Shown: positions 49,374 through 62,600 of the stretch, piece after piece | How the letters are laid out: the number at the start of each line of letters is the position of its first letter | Position numbering within the stretch: the first letter of the stretch is position 1 | Assembly: GCA_013265495.1 (NCBI GenBank) | Contig: MU058449.1 | Coordinates: 186,001 to 250,000 of the forward strand | Direction of reading: 5' to 3' | Length of the DNA stretch: 64,000 nucleotides | Source of the DNA: Vicugna vicugna | Lineage: Eukaryota | Program-made: the position numbers and the translations under genes | Notes under the pieces: generated by a model | What the model was told of the DNA's origin: nothing | The model's database searches: none | What the model saw: the letters and a program-made list of their open reading frames with translations, nothing else

Positions 49374-50429
49374 TTTTTCATTGATGTATACTCTTGTCAT
49401 CCCTAGAGCTGAACTATGTAGTTCATTGCTGGTGTTCAGTTACTGAAAAGTGAAGTGTTCCCAGCAACAACCTTTGTACGGTAATGAGAATTTTGTTTCG
49501 GGGACTTCTCTTCCTGTCTCTGCTGCCTCCCAAGGCACTTGAGTGTACCTATGTGTTTGCACCTGAATGTAGCTATGTGTTCGTCAGTTATTCTCCATGG
49601 AATATCTTACAATTCTCAGAGAGGCCCACTCCCTCATATTGTTCTTGTTTCAGCTTTCACAGAAGATAGAAAAAAAATAGAACCTTCTACTTCCCTTCAG
49701 TAGTAAGTAGTCTTGATTTCTATACAAGGATTACATCTTTCAGCACTGCGTCCAGATGGAGATCTAGCATTCCAATTTCATTCCCTTAACTTTACCTGTA
49801 ACTATTGCAACATCCTTCTCATCACTCTCCCAGTGAAACATCCAAGCTCCCTCGTCTCCTCCATCATGTACACTTTAAACTTCTTACTTTCTTTAACTAA
49901 TATTTTCAACCTGTCCTTACTCCCTAAATGTGCAGGAAACAGTCTGTGTGAGGGGCTGTAGGCATTTACCTAATTGAGGAATTTGCATTTAAGTCTTGTT
50001 TCCTGAATCAGAATTTCCATGGGAAGAAAGAAAATTATGCAGCTGCCATTGTCTATGTATGTGGATGTCGGAGTCCCGAAGCAACGTCATATTTGAAAAT
50101 TCTTCTGAGAGAAGAAAAGTTCAAAGTAAAGAGAGGTCATTTAATTAGTGAAGTCACAACCCTAGAAAGGGAGCTTCAACTGATATTTTATCCCAGAAGT
50201 CTTGGTATGTTCTGTACAAATGCCCAGCTCTGCTAGTCTAAAGTGAATGGACAGTAAAGACGAGAGAGAAAGTGGGGAGGAGAGAAAAGTGGAGCTCAAG
50301 AACTTTGGTGTTTCCCTGTCTAAAGTGTTGTTCCATTTTTTTTTCCTTTTCTGATTTCTATGAACAGGCTAGAAGAAGAAAGAGAAGATGGAGTGGGAGA
50401 GGAAGGTGAACACCAGTGAGAAGCCTGAT

Positions 50430-50649
50430 CACACTGAGGTTGAGCCATGAAGGTGTGAGATAGTGCAGATAGGAGAGCAGCACGCGGCTGGAAGGGGAAG
50501 TCCCCCTCCCAAATCTGTGCATCATAGACAGGCCAATGCAGGGTATACAGAAGAGCAGCACAGTACAGATGTGGGAGACACAGGTGTTGAGGGCTTTCTA
50601 GCGCTCAGCCTTGGAAGCAATGGACAACACTCTGCAGGATGAGCAGAAA
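50430..50649 (-). pseudogene. OR51-family pseudogene remnant (end of TM5 to TM7 only)
   Basis: Minus strand translates LLIL/(frameshift)[41 protein letters not shown]...LLSYLHYLTP.WLN, with an in-frame TAG at 50598-50600. No recognisable TM1-TM4 or KTKQI tail nearby. Confidence 0.85.
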
Positions 50650-53600
50650 CTATAAGGCAAGTTATGGTGAAAGAAGAACCATTTATGAAAAAAAAAAGCA
50701 AAAAGTAGAGGCAGCCTTATCATATATGAGAAAAGATGTATTATAGAAAGAAGAAAATTGGGTTTTTGTGTGGGTACACTTATCAGGACGTGAGGGTGGG
50801 TTAGTCCTAATGAATGATCTATATTGTCATGATAAAAACTATGAATTGTGGTTACGGGGGAGAGGTGGGTGATGAGTAGACTTTGTATCCATGAACGTGC
50901 TTCTGAAAAGTTTTATTATAGGCTTTTAATCACAATGTTTTTTGAACAAATAGGAAAGGCAACCCCACAAAATGTATAGACTGAAATTATCATAAATGTA
51001 CAAAATGTATTGTTATTAAGAAAAGTAAAATATCTAAGATTCAGCATGAATATTCCTAGGAGAATATTTAACACACTGGTATAAATAAAATAGCAAATCA
51101 ATTCCTGAAACATCACAAGAGTAGGAAAGAAGATACTTTATATTCAGAGGACGTAAGATGGTATGTGACAAGCTGGTGATCAATTCACAAACGGGAAAAG
51201 TCTTTGGGGCTACTTGGAAGGCTTTGATTTGGCTCCACTGTACACGCGTATCAGAAAGGAGAAGCTGCTACTCTCAGGCTCTTAAGCATAGACTCAGGGT
51301 GTAGTTTCAATCCATGTGTCTCATTCTGTTCAGGGAGAGGTATTGAATGTATAAGGAACCAGTCACATCAGAAATGCAATTTCTACCGTCCCAAGAAGAA
51401 TGGATCCACAAAACATGAAACTGGGTGAGGAGAATCAGGCATGCTTGGAATGCAGGCAGTTAACTTGCATCGGGAAAGCAAGGGAATAAAAACAGTAGTG
51501 GGCACTTGTGAATGGTAAGAACTATTTCTTTCAGCAAATCCAATGATTATTGTGGGTCGACCAAACTGCAGGACTTGCAGAGAGGTAATGGGATATGTGA
51601 AGCCAAATTCTGATCAAGCATAGTTATCCAAAGAACAGCACGTCACTGGAGTTAGGTGTGAACATTAGTGATGAGAAGAGAGAAGTATGCGTAGGAGGCT
51701 CAGTCACGTGGGAAGTGTTTAAGGACTCAGTAGATACAATCAAACACAGGTCAACAGCATTTCCCTGCCTATTTTTCTCTGCTGTCCACTGCTGAGTGTG
51801 AACGGATGGGAGTATTATCTCTCCCATATGAATATTGGACAAGATGTTTTCAGTCACAAAGTGAGCAACAAAAATGCCAACTTCTTTGTTTCAGCTTTGC
51901 TCCCCCCAAATCATAAAAACAAAATTTTAATATTTTTCAAGGTCATCTTGTCCAGCTTCTGCTAAACTGACTCTGCAACATCCCTAAGTAGAATGTGCAA
52001 CTCTGTCGTAGAAAGCCATTCATTCTACTGTGATAATTAAGGAAATCTACCTTCCTGCATGGAATTTGTGAATATTCTAAGCCCTCATTTGATAACTGAT
52101 TGTTTAGATTTTACCTGTGTTGAAGGATTCCAGTCTGCATTCTTGTCTGAAAAAATCAGCCACTTAGATACTTTCTCTATTCCCATAGGCTGGAAGGATT
52201 CTTGTAGCTCTAATATTCAGTAAACAGCAGCTATACACTTTTAAGAATTCATCTACATGAGGAGAAGAAACAATACAAAATGTCTGGATTTGCAACAAGG
52301 AAATTCCAAAATGGCAGGAGTTACTGAGGAATGGAAGAGATGACACCTCGGGACAAAGGCCAGAGCTTGCAGTGCAGGCCAAATGCGCATTTCTCTTTGG
52401 ATAATGTTCCCTCTAAGTGTCTCATCATTAGAAACCAAACGGTTATGACATTTTGTTGGACAGTGTCTAATATGTGTACAAGATAGTGTAAGTATGACTT
52501 CCAAAAGTCTTTTTTTTTTTTTCAAAAATGTACAACTTTCTGAGAAACTTTGCTACATTGCCTATATGCTAGGAGGCTCTCGGGCTCTACAAATCTTTAA
52601 AGGTTCCAATGCTGCTCCACGGCACTAACACCACCCAAAAGGAGTCCTGTAGTTTCTCACATGGCCCTAAGAAACACTGCATTAAACTTAGTCTAGCAGT
52701 TCTTCAAAGCATAAGTACAGAGCTGTTATGCTTTTAAAAAGTCTTATAGCCTAGATTCAGTACTGTCAGTCCTTTTAATTATTAAAGACAAGAATACTCC
52801 ATAATTTCACTCTGAAGAGTTCATTGGTAAATATTTGGTGTTGCCTCTTTCACAATGTAGTATGAAATTTAAAAATCGTATTTCCAGTTTTCTGTCTTCT
52901 CTTTTCTTTGTTCGCTTGTTCGTTGCTTCCTTCCTCCTCCCTCCCTTTCTGCCTTTCTGCCTTCATTCTTTTCCAACCGTATCTAGACTAGCATGTGACT
53001 TCTCTTGACTCCCAACCCGAGTATACTTACATCATGATATGAGCTAAACTTACTTAAGATATTTCTGTCACTCACCAGACCAGGTCAGGGACACAACCTC
53101 TGTGGATGGTGGTGCAGCTGAGAACCTGTGAGGCTGCCTGGCCTGAGCTCAGTGGCAAGTGAGCAGGCTTATAAAGCACTGTTCTGGCTCTCCCTGAAGA
53201 CTTACACCCAATCCCTGTACTATAGGGTCTGAGAGAAGCATCAAACGTGCATGTGCCAGACAGAGTGGTCCATAGTTCATTTTGGTGGGTCTCTGCCTGC
53301 TCTCCAGATGACATAAGCTTAGAACACACACCCAGTTCTGCTTCAGGCTTGCTTTCTTCTGTTTCCAGACAAAGACCTTTTTAACTCTTAGAGATAGAAT
53401 GTATCACATAGGTCATAGATATTCTAGACCTAGAAGCATCTAGCAGGACATTTAGATCTCCGGGACATACAGTCCTTTATATCCTCCAACCCTCCTCCTC
53501 CAGATCAAGCAGTGTTTTCCCTTGAATTATAAACATCTTTTTTGAGTGAGAGTGGAGTATCTCCAGCACTAATCATAATATCAGATAATATTAATACAGC

Positions 53601-53901
53601 TCATCCAAAATAAATTCATTTACACTGAACTGGTCTTTGTTACAATAATATAGAGCTTACTTTCCCCTTGTGTTGTCCCTTCTGCCCTCCATTCCTCCTC
53701 AAAGTGAGTTCTTTATATTTACTGAGAAATGGTTTGGGGTGAGGAGATAGAGTGTTTTATTAAGATCATATCAAATGAGGCTGGATTTTGTTTAGAAGCA
53801 GAGGGAAGAGTGATATAAGACACATATCCTGTGTGGAGCTAGACAGGAATGTTCTAGAAAATTGAGGTAGGGACCACACTGGGCATGAAGTAGAAGAACC
53901 A

Positions 53902-54472
53902 TCTCAGGGGTCCCACAACCATAAGCTGGTTCAGTGATTCACTAGAAACACTTGTGCAGCTCAAAATAAAGTTATACTCATGGCTAAGATTTCATACAGC
54001 AAAGGACACCGTGTAGGAACAGCAGAAAAAAGGTAAGTATAGAGGAAGGCTGGAGAAGTCACACACAGCCTTCCAAGTATCTCCTCTCTTACTTCTAGGG
54101 TCACTCTAGCTGCAAACTTCAGAGACACATAAGAGATGTTTCTATCCAGGGAAGTCTGCTTGGGTCTCTGAGTCCAGAGTTCTTAAAGGGAGCCGGTTAT
54201 GTCAACTGTCACATGACCAGAATATGCAGACCCCAAACCAGGCAACACATGTGATATTTGTAATAAGTTCTATGATATCCTATGCATGCTAATAACTTGG
54301 TTCATCCTGACCTAATGTTTTGGGTATAAATAATGCTGTTATTACTCACTGACTATATGAAGGTTGCAGAAGATTAGTTCTCAGACTTTGGTCAAGGACC
54401 AACCGTTGATGTGGCTACAGAGAAAAGCAAGAGCTGAGTAAAACAGATCAGTTGTAATAACTTCTTTCTTAT
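53902..54472. mobile_element. MER21/MER77-like solo LTR
   Basis: caggggtccc...ggttcagtgattcactaga...tactcatggctaagatttcatacagcaaagga matches recalled MER21/77 text. Confidence 0.7.
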
Positions 54473-54829
54473 AGGGATCATCTGTGCATTAACAGGAGTA
54501 TGCCATGACCATACTGATCATGTGTTAGAAATGTTTTCATTCAGCATGTGTGAAACATGACTAGCTTCCAATATGACATAAAAATCATTCTAATCTTAGA
54601 TGACAAACTAGGACTGCAATTATCAATTCAAAACTAAGTGGCACTTTATGGGCCCTTAAACAATAAGAAGAATATTTAAAGAAAAGAGTATTGCAGTAGC
54701 AATTGTAAGAGCTTGCTAGAGATAATCAGATGGTTAAATGGGAAAGTTATTCATTTCAGAGCATAGAATATATAATCAGAGATGAACATTACAAGTTAGA
54801 AAATTATCAAAGAATAACAGACGTAGTTG

Positions 54830-55640
54830 TGTGCAAAGACTAACCTGTAAGTGAAGAGGAGCAATCAAAAAGCTTAAACAAGTGTGCTCCATAATCATGT
54901 TTAGATTTTGAAAGCTATTAACTGTTCTTCTTGGAATTGGTTGAGAATGAAGGCAGAGAAGCCAACCAGCAGAACGGTTCAATAATCTGCTTAATTATTC
55001 AGGTCTAAATTTAGGCAGGAACAGTGGAATGTAAACGTGAGCACTGATGGCAAACTACTAAGAAAGAAAATCTACAATATTAGTAAGTGATTGGAAATTA
55101 TGAGTGAGGGAGGGAGAGGACCACTTAGGAGATAATTCATACTTTTGGCTGGAGTGAAGAAGTGAATTGGACATGCCATTCCCACCAATGCAGAACTCAA
55201 AAGTGGGAGCAGAAAGAAGTAGCATTGAGGATGGAGCAGGAGACAGGAAGTTGTATTTGGGGCTTTTGAGTTTAAGATTTCCATGTAGCACACACAGGGA
55301 GTTATCCAGGAGTGAGGCAGTAACCTGTCTGGAATCCAGGGGAGAGGGTGAGTTTGGGATTGAGGAGGGAAACATTTGTATCCAGGGGGCTGGCAGAAAA
55401 TGCAGTAAGTAGAATTATCCAGAGAGATCAGAGAAGAACCAGAATGCAGAGATACTGGAGAAGTCAACAAAGCACAGATATTTAATAACAAGTTAGCAGT
55501 CAATAGCAAGAAGTATCAACCAGAGGTCCAGTGATGAAGAGGTAGGATTTCAAATAAGCTATTTGATTTTGGTCATTCAGAGTTCATTGGTGACCTTTGC
55601 CCAAGCAATTTCAATGGAGTAGTAGAGACAAAATATGATT
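54830..55640 (-). mobile_element. Decayed LINE-2
   Basis: Purine-rich antisense L2 phrases (gagtttaagatttccatgtag, cattggtgacctttgcccaagcaatttcaatggagt). Confidence 0.65.
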
Positions 55641-56222
55641 GTATGTGGAGTGGAAGAGAAAACAATTTTTACTTCAGTTTAATTACAAGTAAACTATATT
55701 GTTTAAGGAGGTACACTTAAATAGTCACAATAAAAAATGAAATGAACACTATAACAGTCAGTATACTGATTTAATATAGTGACAGTGGTGAGGTTATATT
55801 CAGGAAAGCTGCAGAGGAAATTTGGATGTTGACAATTTATTATTTCCTTACTAAGGTGGTATTTACATGGATTATCATTTTACAAAAATGCACATTTATC
55901 ACATTTTGTCCAACTGCACATTTATCTCCATGTAGTTCTCTGTATGTGCTTTATATTCCACCATAAGATATTTTAAAATGATTTGACAAGAAAAAGAGTA
56001 GGACAGTTTATGCAAATGTTTTTTATGTAGATTAATTGTGGGCCAAAGGGAAAAATTAGATTAAATGCTTAGTGATGGGCATATGATTAATACAACTTTA
56101 TCTGATGAAAAGTCCTAGATAAGTTTTTAAACTGTTGTGAAGCAGCTAGTGGAAAAGGGGTCACCAGAGATAATTTTTTTCTAGTTAAAGAAGTGGAGTA
56201 AATTCAGTCTTGGTAAGAAAAA

Positions 56223-56670
56223 TGTATTAATTTCCTGTTGCTGCTGATACAAATGGCCACAAACTCAGTGTCTAGAAACAACACAATATTGTTATCTTGC
56301 AGTTCTGGAGATTAAATATCCACAATGAACCTTACTGGGCTAAAATCAAGGTACCTGTAGGACAAGCTCTTTCTGGAGACTATGGAGAAGAAACTGTTGT
56401 CTTTTTCAGATTCTCAGGAGTGTTTGCCTTCCTTGACTCATGGTCTCATTCCTCAACCTTCAGAACCATCAATGTAGTGTCTTCTCTCTCTTGGACATCC
56501 TGCCTCCCTCTTATAAGAATCCTATGATTATCTCAAGCCCACTTAGTAAATTCAGGGTAATCTCATCTCAAGATCCTTAACTTAATCACATTTGCAAAGT
56601 TCCTTTTGCCGTGTAGGTAACACATTCATTCTGATGTGGAGACATTTCATGGGCCAAGATTAAGCCTACT
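56223..56670. mobile_element. MaLR LTR (MLT1B-D-like)
   Basis: tgtattaatttcctgttgctgctg...cagttctggag...ctcaagatccttaacttaatcacatttgcaaag matches MLT1. Confidence 0.8.
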
Positions 56671-58737
56671 GCTGGAGGAAACTTTAGAGGCAGGATAAAA
56701 ATTTGGTTGAAACAGCAGAATGTAAGTCAAAAGGAATTTTATGCAGCCATATGAGAATTAAAGCCAATGGATGAGATGAGAGTCATATATACAGGAATAG
56801 CAGGTATAATGAAATTACTCCAGAAGATCTCACCCAGAGATTAGGGTTGGGTCAGAGGATGTTAAGAAGATGGGATGAATATGTAGAGTTCTATCCTACG
56901 AATGGTGATGTGCAGGGTAGAGAAAGAGGCAGGATTAGCTGGAGGAACTGAATCTCCGGAACTCCTTCTTGTATTCTGAACAACAGAGGAATGTTTACAA
57001 CAATGAAAATGAGTTTTTCATGTTGCATGTGACAATACAGGTGAAACTCAAAAACATATTCGTGACATAAATACTTGGTGGTGACTTTTTGGGAAAGTAT
57101 TTAAAATAATGTCATATAGCATATATATTCTTATTATATATGCATATGCATATACTTGTTATATACACACACACATATATGCATTAAATATAATAAAACA
57201 AGGAAGGGAAGAACAAACAAGAAGATTAAATTTGTGTGATTACTTTTCTGACTTGACTTTGAGGTCTCTTATTTAGCAAGAAATCTTTTCCTTCATTGTA
57301 ACTTGTTTTACTTAAGAAATTTGGACTCAGTTGGTGGCAAAATATTCAATGGAACCAAGAAGAAAAATATATGCAGGTTGTTGTATCGTTTTATACATCT
57401 TTCGTGTGCTTGAAATATTATCTAATACTAATATATAAACAAAAGAGAAAAAAGTATGGGGAGGCAGGCAAAATTGAACACCTCTGATAATATTAAATTA
57501 ATTCAAAAGTAAAGAAAGTTTGATCTTCTCTGAATACAGGAGTTTACAATACCTTCCTTTGATATGGGAAGGAAGAATCTTAGGGCATAGCTAGATAAGG
57601 ATTTTTATGTATGTCCTAGTGAAGAGTTGTGAACGTTTGAAATTGCTACTGTAGATTATGTAAAATGTCGTCAAGGATCTAAAAAATATGTATTTAGGCA
57701 CTGAAAGAAAAATTAATTAAAGATCATTCATTTATACTTACTACAATATAAATATTAACTTTAGTCTTAATTAGAATTCAAACACATGAGTGTAAGAGTA
57801 GGAAATATAAACATATTTAAATTGATTCCAAAGTTAATTTTAGAGTTGAAAAACATAAAACACATAAAAACACAAGATAAACATTGATGGCCTTTTTCTG
57901 GAGTATGTGTGGTCCATAGCAAATATCAAAGACAATGAAATAACAATGGTTATCAAAGACTTATAGAAGATGAGGGTTTTGAAGGAGTGGGACTAGAGAT
58001 CTCAAGGCTAAAAGTCCAGATGCTGTGAAGTCAGTGAGAGAGCATACTTGAAAGACTGAATTTAAACATTATACATTTTTTATAAATGATGGTGGTTTTT
58101 AGAATCTAGTACCATAAACTTTGATATATCAAAGTGTTGACATTATAAATTTCATAGTTTTATAGTTCTTTTCAACAGCAATATTAGATAATTGTTTGTT
58201 TCTTTCATGTCATCTTCTACTTCAACATTAAGAAAACAAACCACTGTGAAAGCAAGAACTTTGTTTAATTCACAGTGTATCTCCAGCTCTTCAAAAAGTT
58301 AAGGATAAAGTAGATTCAGTAAATAGCTATCACCCTGTCAAGGGTGATACATACATAGATGGTAACAACGAGCACTTTGCTTTGCCCAGAATGAACTCTG
58401 AGACTACAAACTTCTCTGACTGAAATATATGAACCACTGGGCTAAGAAATAATGAGAAGAGTTACCTATTTAAAAGTTTATTTTACTGATAATATTGTTC
58501 AGTATATCTTTATTCAAATCATAGAGCAGAAATAGTTTTTGAGGTTATCCAACCTAATATTCCAGATAATTCAGAAGAATCAGTGGTCAAATAGAGTCTT
58601 TGCAGGCATTTGGAATATCAGCAAGCTCTTTGTTGCATGAGGCAGTCTTTCTCTGTTAGGATACTGCTCATTCATGTAATAAATGTGACTTGAGATTCTC
58701 CTGATCCTTTTTTGATGACAAGTTTCAGAATTTTATC

Positions 58738-59643
58738 TCATATCTGCTTAGTTTTCACCACGTACACAGTGGGATTCATCACAGGAGGAATGAGAAAATG
58801 CATGTTGGCCATGGTCACGTAGACGTGGGCAGGAAGTTTTGGGCCAAAGCGGTGCAGAACAGAGAGGTATATCATGGGTGTGAAGAAGAGGATCACAGCA
58901 GAGAGGTGGGAAATACAGGTGTTGAGAGCTTTGAGGCGGCCACCATGGGATGCGATGCTCAGTACAGTTTTCAGTATCACAATGTATGAGAAGAGAATGA
59001 GAAGAAAATCAAGTCCCATAGTGGATAGTACTATGAACAGTCCAAAGATGCTACTGATCCTAGTGCTGGAGCATGAGAGCTTTAAGATATCAGGATGCAG
59101 GCAGTAGGAATGTGAAAGTACATTGGAGTGACAGAAGCACAACCTCCTTAAGAGGATCGGGAGGGGCACCTGCACAGTCAAGGTTCGCACAAAAATTGCC
59201 AAACCAATCCTGGCAATTACACTGTTGGTGAGGATGGAGGAATAGTGCAGTGGACGAGAGATGGCCACATAGTGGTCAGTGGCCATTGACAGTATGATAG
59301 CAGACTCAGAAATCTGGAAAGTGTGAATAAAAAACATTTGGGTGGAGCAAACAGGGAACGTGAGCTCTTGAGCATCCAGCCAGAATATCCTCAGCATTGT
59401 GGGGAAAGTGAAGAGGGACAAACCCAGGTCAGAGGCAGCTAGCATGGCCAGGAAGAGGTACATAGGCACATGGAGGGCATGCTCCTTCCATATAACTGTC
59501 ATGATGGTCACATTGCCCACCAAGGTCATCAAGAACATGGCACAGAAAGGTAGGGAGATCCAGACGTGCACAGCTTCCAGCCCAGGGATGCCTGTCAGCA
59601 GGAAGGTGGAGAATATGGAGTTGGTGCTATTGGTAGGAAACAT
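58738..59643 (-). pseudogene. OR51-family gene, near full length (301 aa) but C-terminally truncated; probable young pseudogene
   Basis: NST sequon, GN, LHVPMY, SHSYCLH, KALNTCISH and PPVMNP are present. However, MAFDRYVAIC reads MATDHYVAIS and the ORF stops at KTKQI*. The frame stays open 21 more codons to a TGA at 58672-58674. Confidence 0.75.
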
Positions 59644-62600
59644 GATGCCAGGGCTGCATGCCTTTCCTAGAGTGAAATGCATTGTCAGACACAGACCTTA
59701 AAAATTGACTTGAGCTTTTATATGACTACTGGTAATACTTCTTATTTTAATTCTTCTTATTTACCTGATATGCATCTACTGAGAATAAGTGCTGATTCCC
59801 AATACTGAGCATCTGAGCCTTTGAACTAGAAAACAAGATCTTTTTTCTTTCTGATCAAATTTCACAGAGATTATAATTTATTGAAGAAAAACTGAGGAAA
59901 AAATATCTGTGATATTTAATTTACCTAAGTCATTTAATTGATATAATAACACTTTAAAATGAAAAGCCCAAAGTAATGTGCTTAAAATAAATTTCTTTTA
60001 CAAATTCATGCAAATTCATTCCTGTAATTATAATTACAGTAATATATCATTCTATGGTACTTCTTACTGCCTTGGTCAATATGATACATATAAGATGTTG
60101 CTACTACTAACTGAAGTTCAAGGTTACACTTTATATCCTATTTTGTCTGCCATGAGATCAGTGTAGAAATTTTAAAAAAACACTAGAAACTTTTGCATTA
60201 ATTTGACATAATAATTATATTTCTTATACATAGTAACAGTTATTATTAATATACAATAATAAGGTAGTTATTTGGTTTTGGATGTATTTTTATTGCATTT
60301 TTCTTAAATATCACTTTAGATGTATTTTACAAAAAATTATTTTGTGATTGATTGAAAGTTGTGGAAATGATCCTTCACTATACAGTTTATGAAGCACTGT
60401 TATATAATTCATTGTTGAATACTAACATATTATTTTTTGTCAGTTCATATATAAATGATAATTTAGTTTATTTGTTTTAAAAACTAAAATCTTTAACATG
60501 TTATTTATTTTTTTAAGTCATATCCATCTTATTTTAATTAGAGGCCTAAAATTTTTTAATCGCAATCACAGTGAATTTGGATGATTCTTTTGGCGATAGT
60601 AAGAAGGCATCCACTACAAGTCTACACATTATCTTTAAAACTTAAGAAAATTGTAATTAGCTTCAGAAGCTTTATTAGCTTTTTTTAATCTTGAATTTTG
60701 TAAAAATAGAGAAGCCGAGAGATGATCTAGGAAACTCACCCTTTTCAAAAAAAAAATTTGCAGTCTACCACTATTATTCTAATTTGATCAAGGAGGTGAT
60801 TAAGCAGAAAAGCCCACCTCCATTAGGAAATATACAGAAGACGCGTAACTTCTCAGAGCTGTGCTCCTCAACATCTCTTTCAAGTGCAGGTGAGAGAGTT
60901 AAAAAGGGCGACAAGTCCTAAAGCCTCGAGGGTGGCATGAGAGAAGAAACAGACATATCTCTCAATTTTGGAGCTGACAACCACTGAGCATGGGCAGATA
61001 TTTCTCATTAGAAAACGAAATAGAGAAAAGGCAAAAGGTAAATCTAAAATTATTTGGTAATAAAATAGGAAATTGGTTGATACATATGGTTCAAGATTTA
61101 TTTTGAATAATAGCAGCTCTACTAAAGCAAATAAAATAGTAGTTTAGAAACTAGATATTAATATACAAAGGATAGGTAAAGCACACCCATGTTTGTGCAA
61201 TGAAATCTGCTTTTCAGAACAACTCTTCAATTAAAGAGTAAACCAAGTTCAAAGTAATACCCACTTAAATAATTATAAAATATGAGAACATATGCCATGT
61301 GAATGGCATAATTATAATTCTGATATTTGTAACAAATTTCTTAACTGCATTGCTTATGCTTTTTGATGAATGATAAAAATGAATTTAATAAAGAAACTCT
61401 GATTTAAGAATTGTAAAACAACACCAACAATATTCCCAAGAAAAATATGAGAAAGGAAATAGTGAGAAGAAAAAAAATGGGATTTAGCAGAAATGTAAAA
61501 AAGTAAGAGTGCCATTTAGAAGAGGATCAAACCTGGCAAAATAGTACCAAGTTTAAGAAAAACTATAAAAGCCAATTAAGCAAACTTAGAAGTGCAGAAT
61601 AGCAAATAGTATATTTAATGTGAAATCCTACACACATTGCATTTTAGGGGATTAAATGGTCCATACAGTGGCTCGATATTCTTTTGTGCCCAGAATTTCT
61701 TTCTCTATTCATCAACCCTCAGACTCACAGTTTTATGGCACTTACTTCCGGAGATTTAGTGAATAAGCCCTCAATTAAAAATTCAGATCAAGATATTTTT
61801 ACAGTGGAGTGTGATAAAGCAAAGAGTCAGACAGCCTGGGCTGTATTTAGGACACCATCATTTAGTCTATTTCCCCAGAAGCCACCTGGACACCATACAT
61901 GCTTAGAATTTCTTTCTTGGCTCATTGCCACTACAGGAACTGACTTCTCTTCAATAGATCACAAAGCCTCTGCTTCTTACTTCAGCAACAATAATATATA
62001 ATTTAGAATTGACATGTGTAGGTAGCATTCCTGAGCTTGCAGAATTGGAAAAGAAAGTAAACACATTCTCCCCCTAGCTGGTTCTTTCTGTAGCACAGCC
62101 TAAAATTCTTCAGCGTCAGGTCCTGGATAAATATCTTCAATAACCTGGCTTATTCTTCCATCTGTGATACATACCAAATGCAGATGTATGTATTTTGCCC
62201 TACAGTTTGATTGAACAGGGTGGGGTCAATGGGCTGTTACTTTTGTGTCTCCTCTGGCATTAATTATCCATAGAAAACCTCAACTGAACGACATTCTTTC
62301 CTAGAGATAAGATCAAATGGGAAGAATATAAAGCTTCTGTAGAAGAAGAAAATCCTAGAGAAGTAAGATCTGGTGATTGAAGAAATACCACTGTTGATTT
62401 AGACCCTGAATTGATGGACAGAAAATAAGAAGAAAGCTGTAATAAAAAAAGATTTTATGGCATCTTCTTGATTTGATGAGGAGTTTCCTTACTAGAAGAG
62501 ACTATCATCATCGCCACGTCATTTTCTCACCCCTTGCACTGCTTTTAATCTTCCAGTATCATTCTGTTTTCTGATTCTCTTTGGCCCTGATGAAAAACCC

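Noticed and set aside
55058..55509. 105-145 aa ORFs
   Set aside because: They lie inside a decayed L2 and have no recognisable domain.
59644..59682. Upstream ATG extension (MHFTLGKACSPGI) of the 59-kb OR
   Set aside because: The ATG at 59682 lies 5' of a good splice acceptor at 59668-59667, so it is probably intronic.
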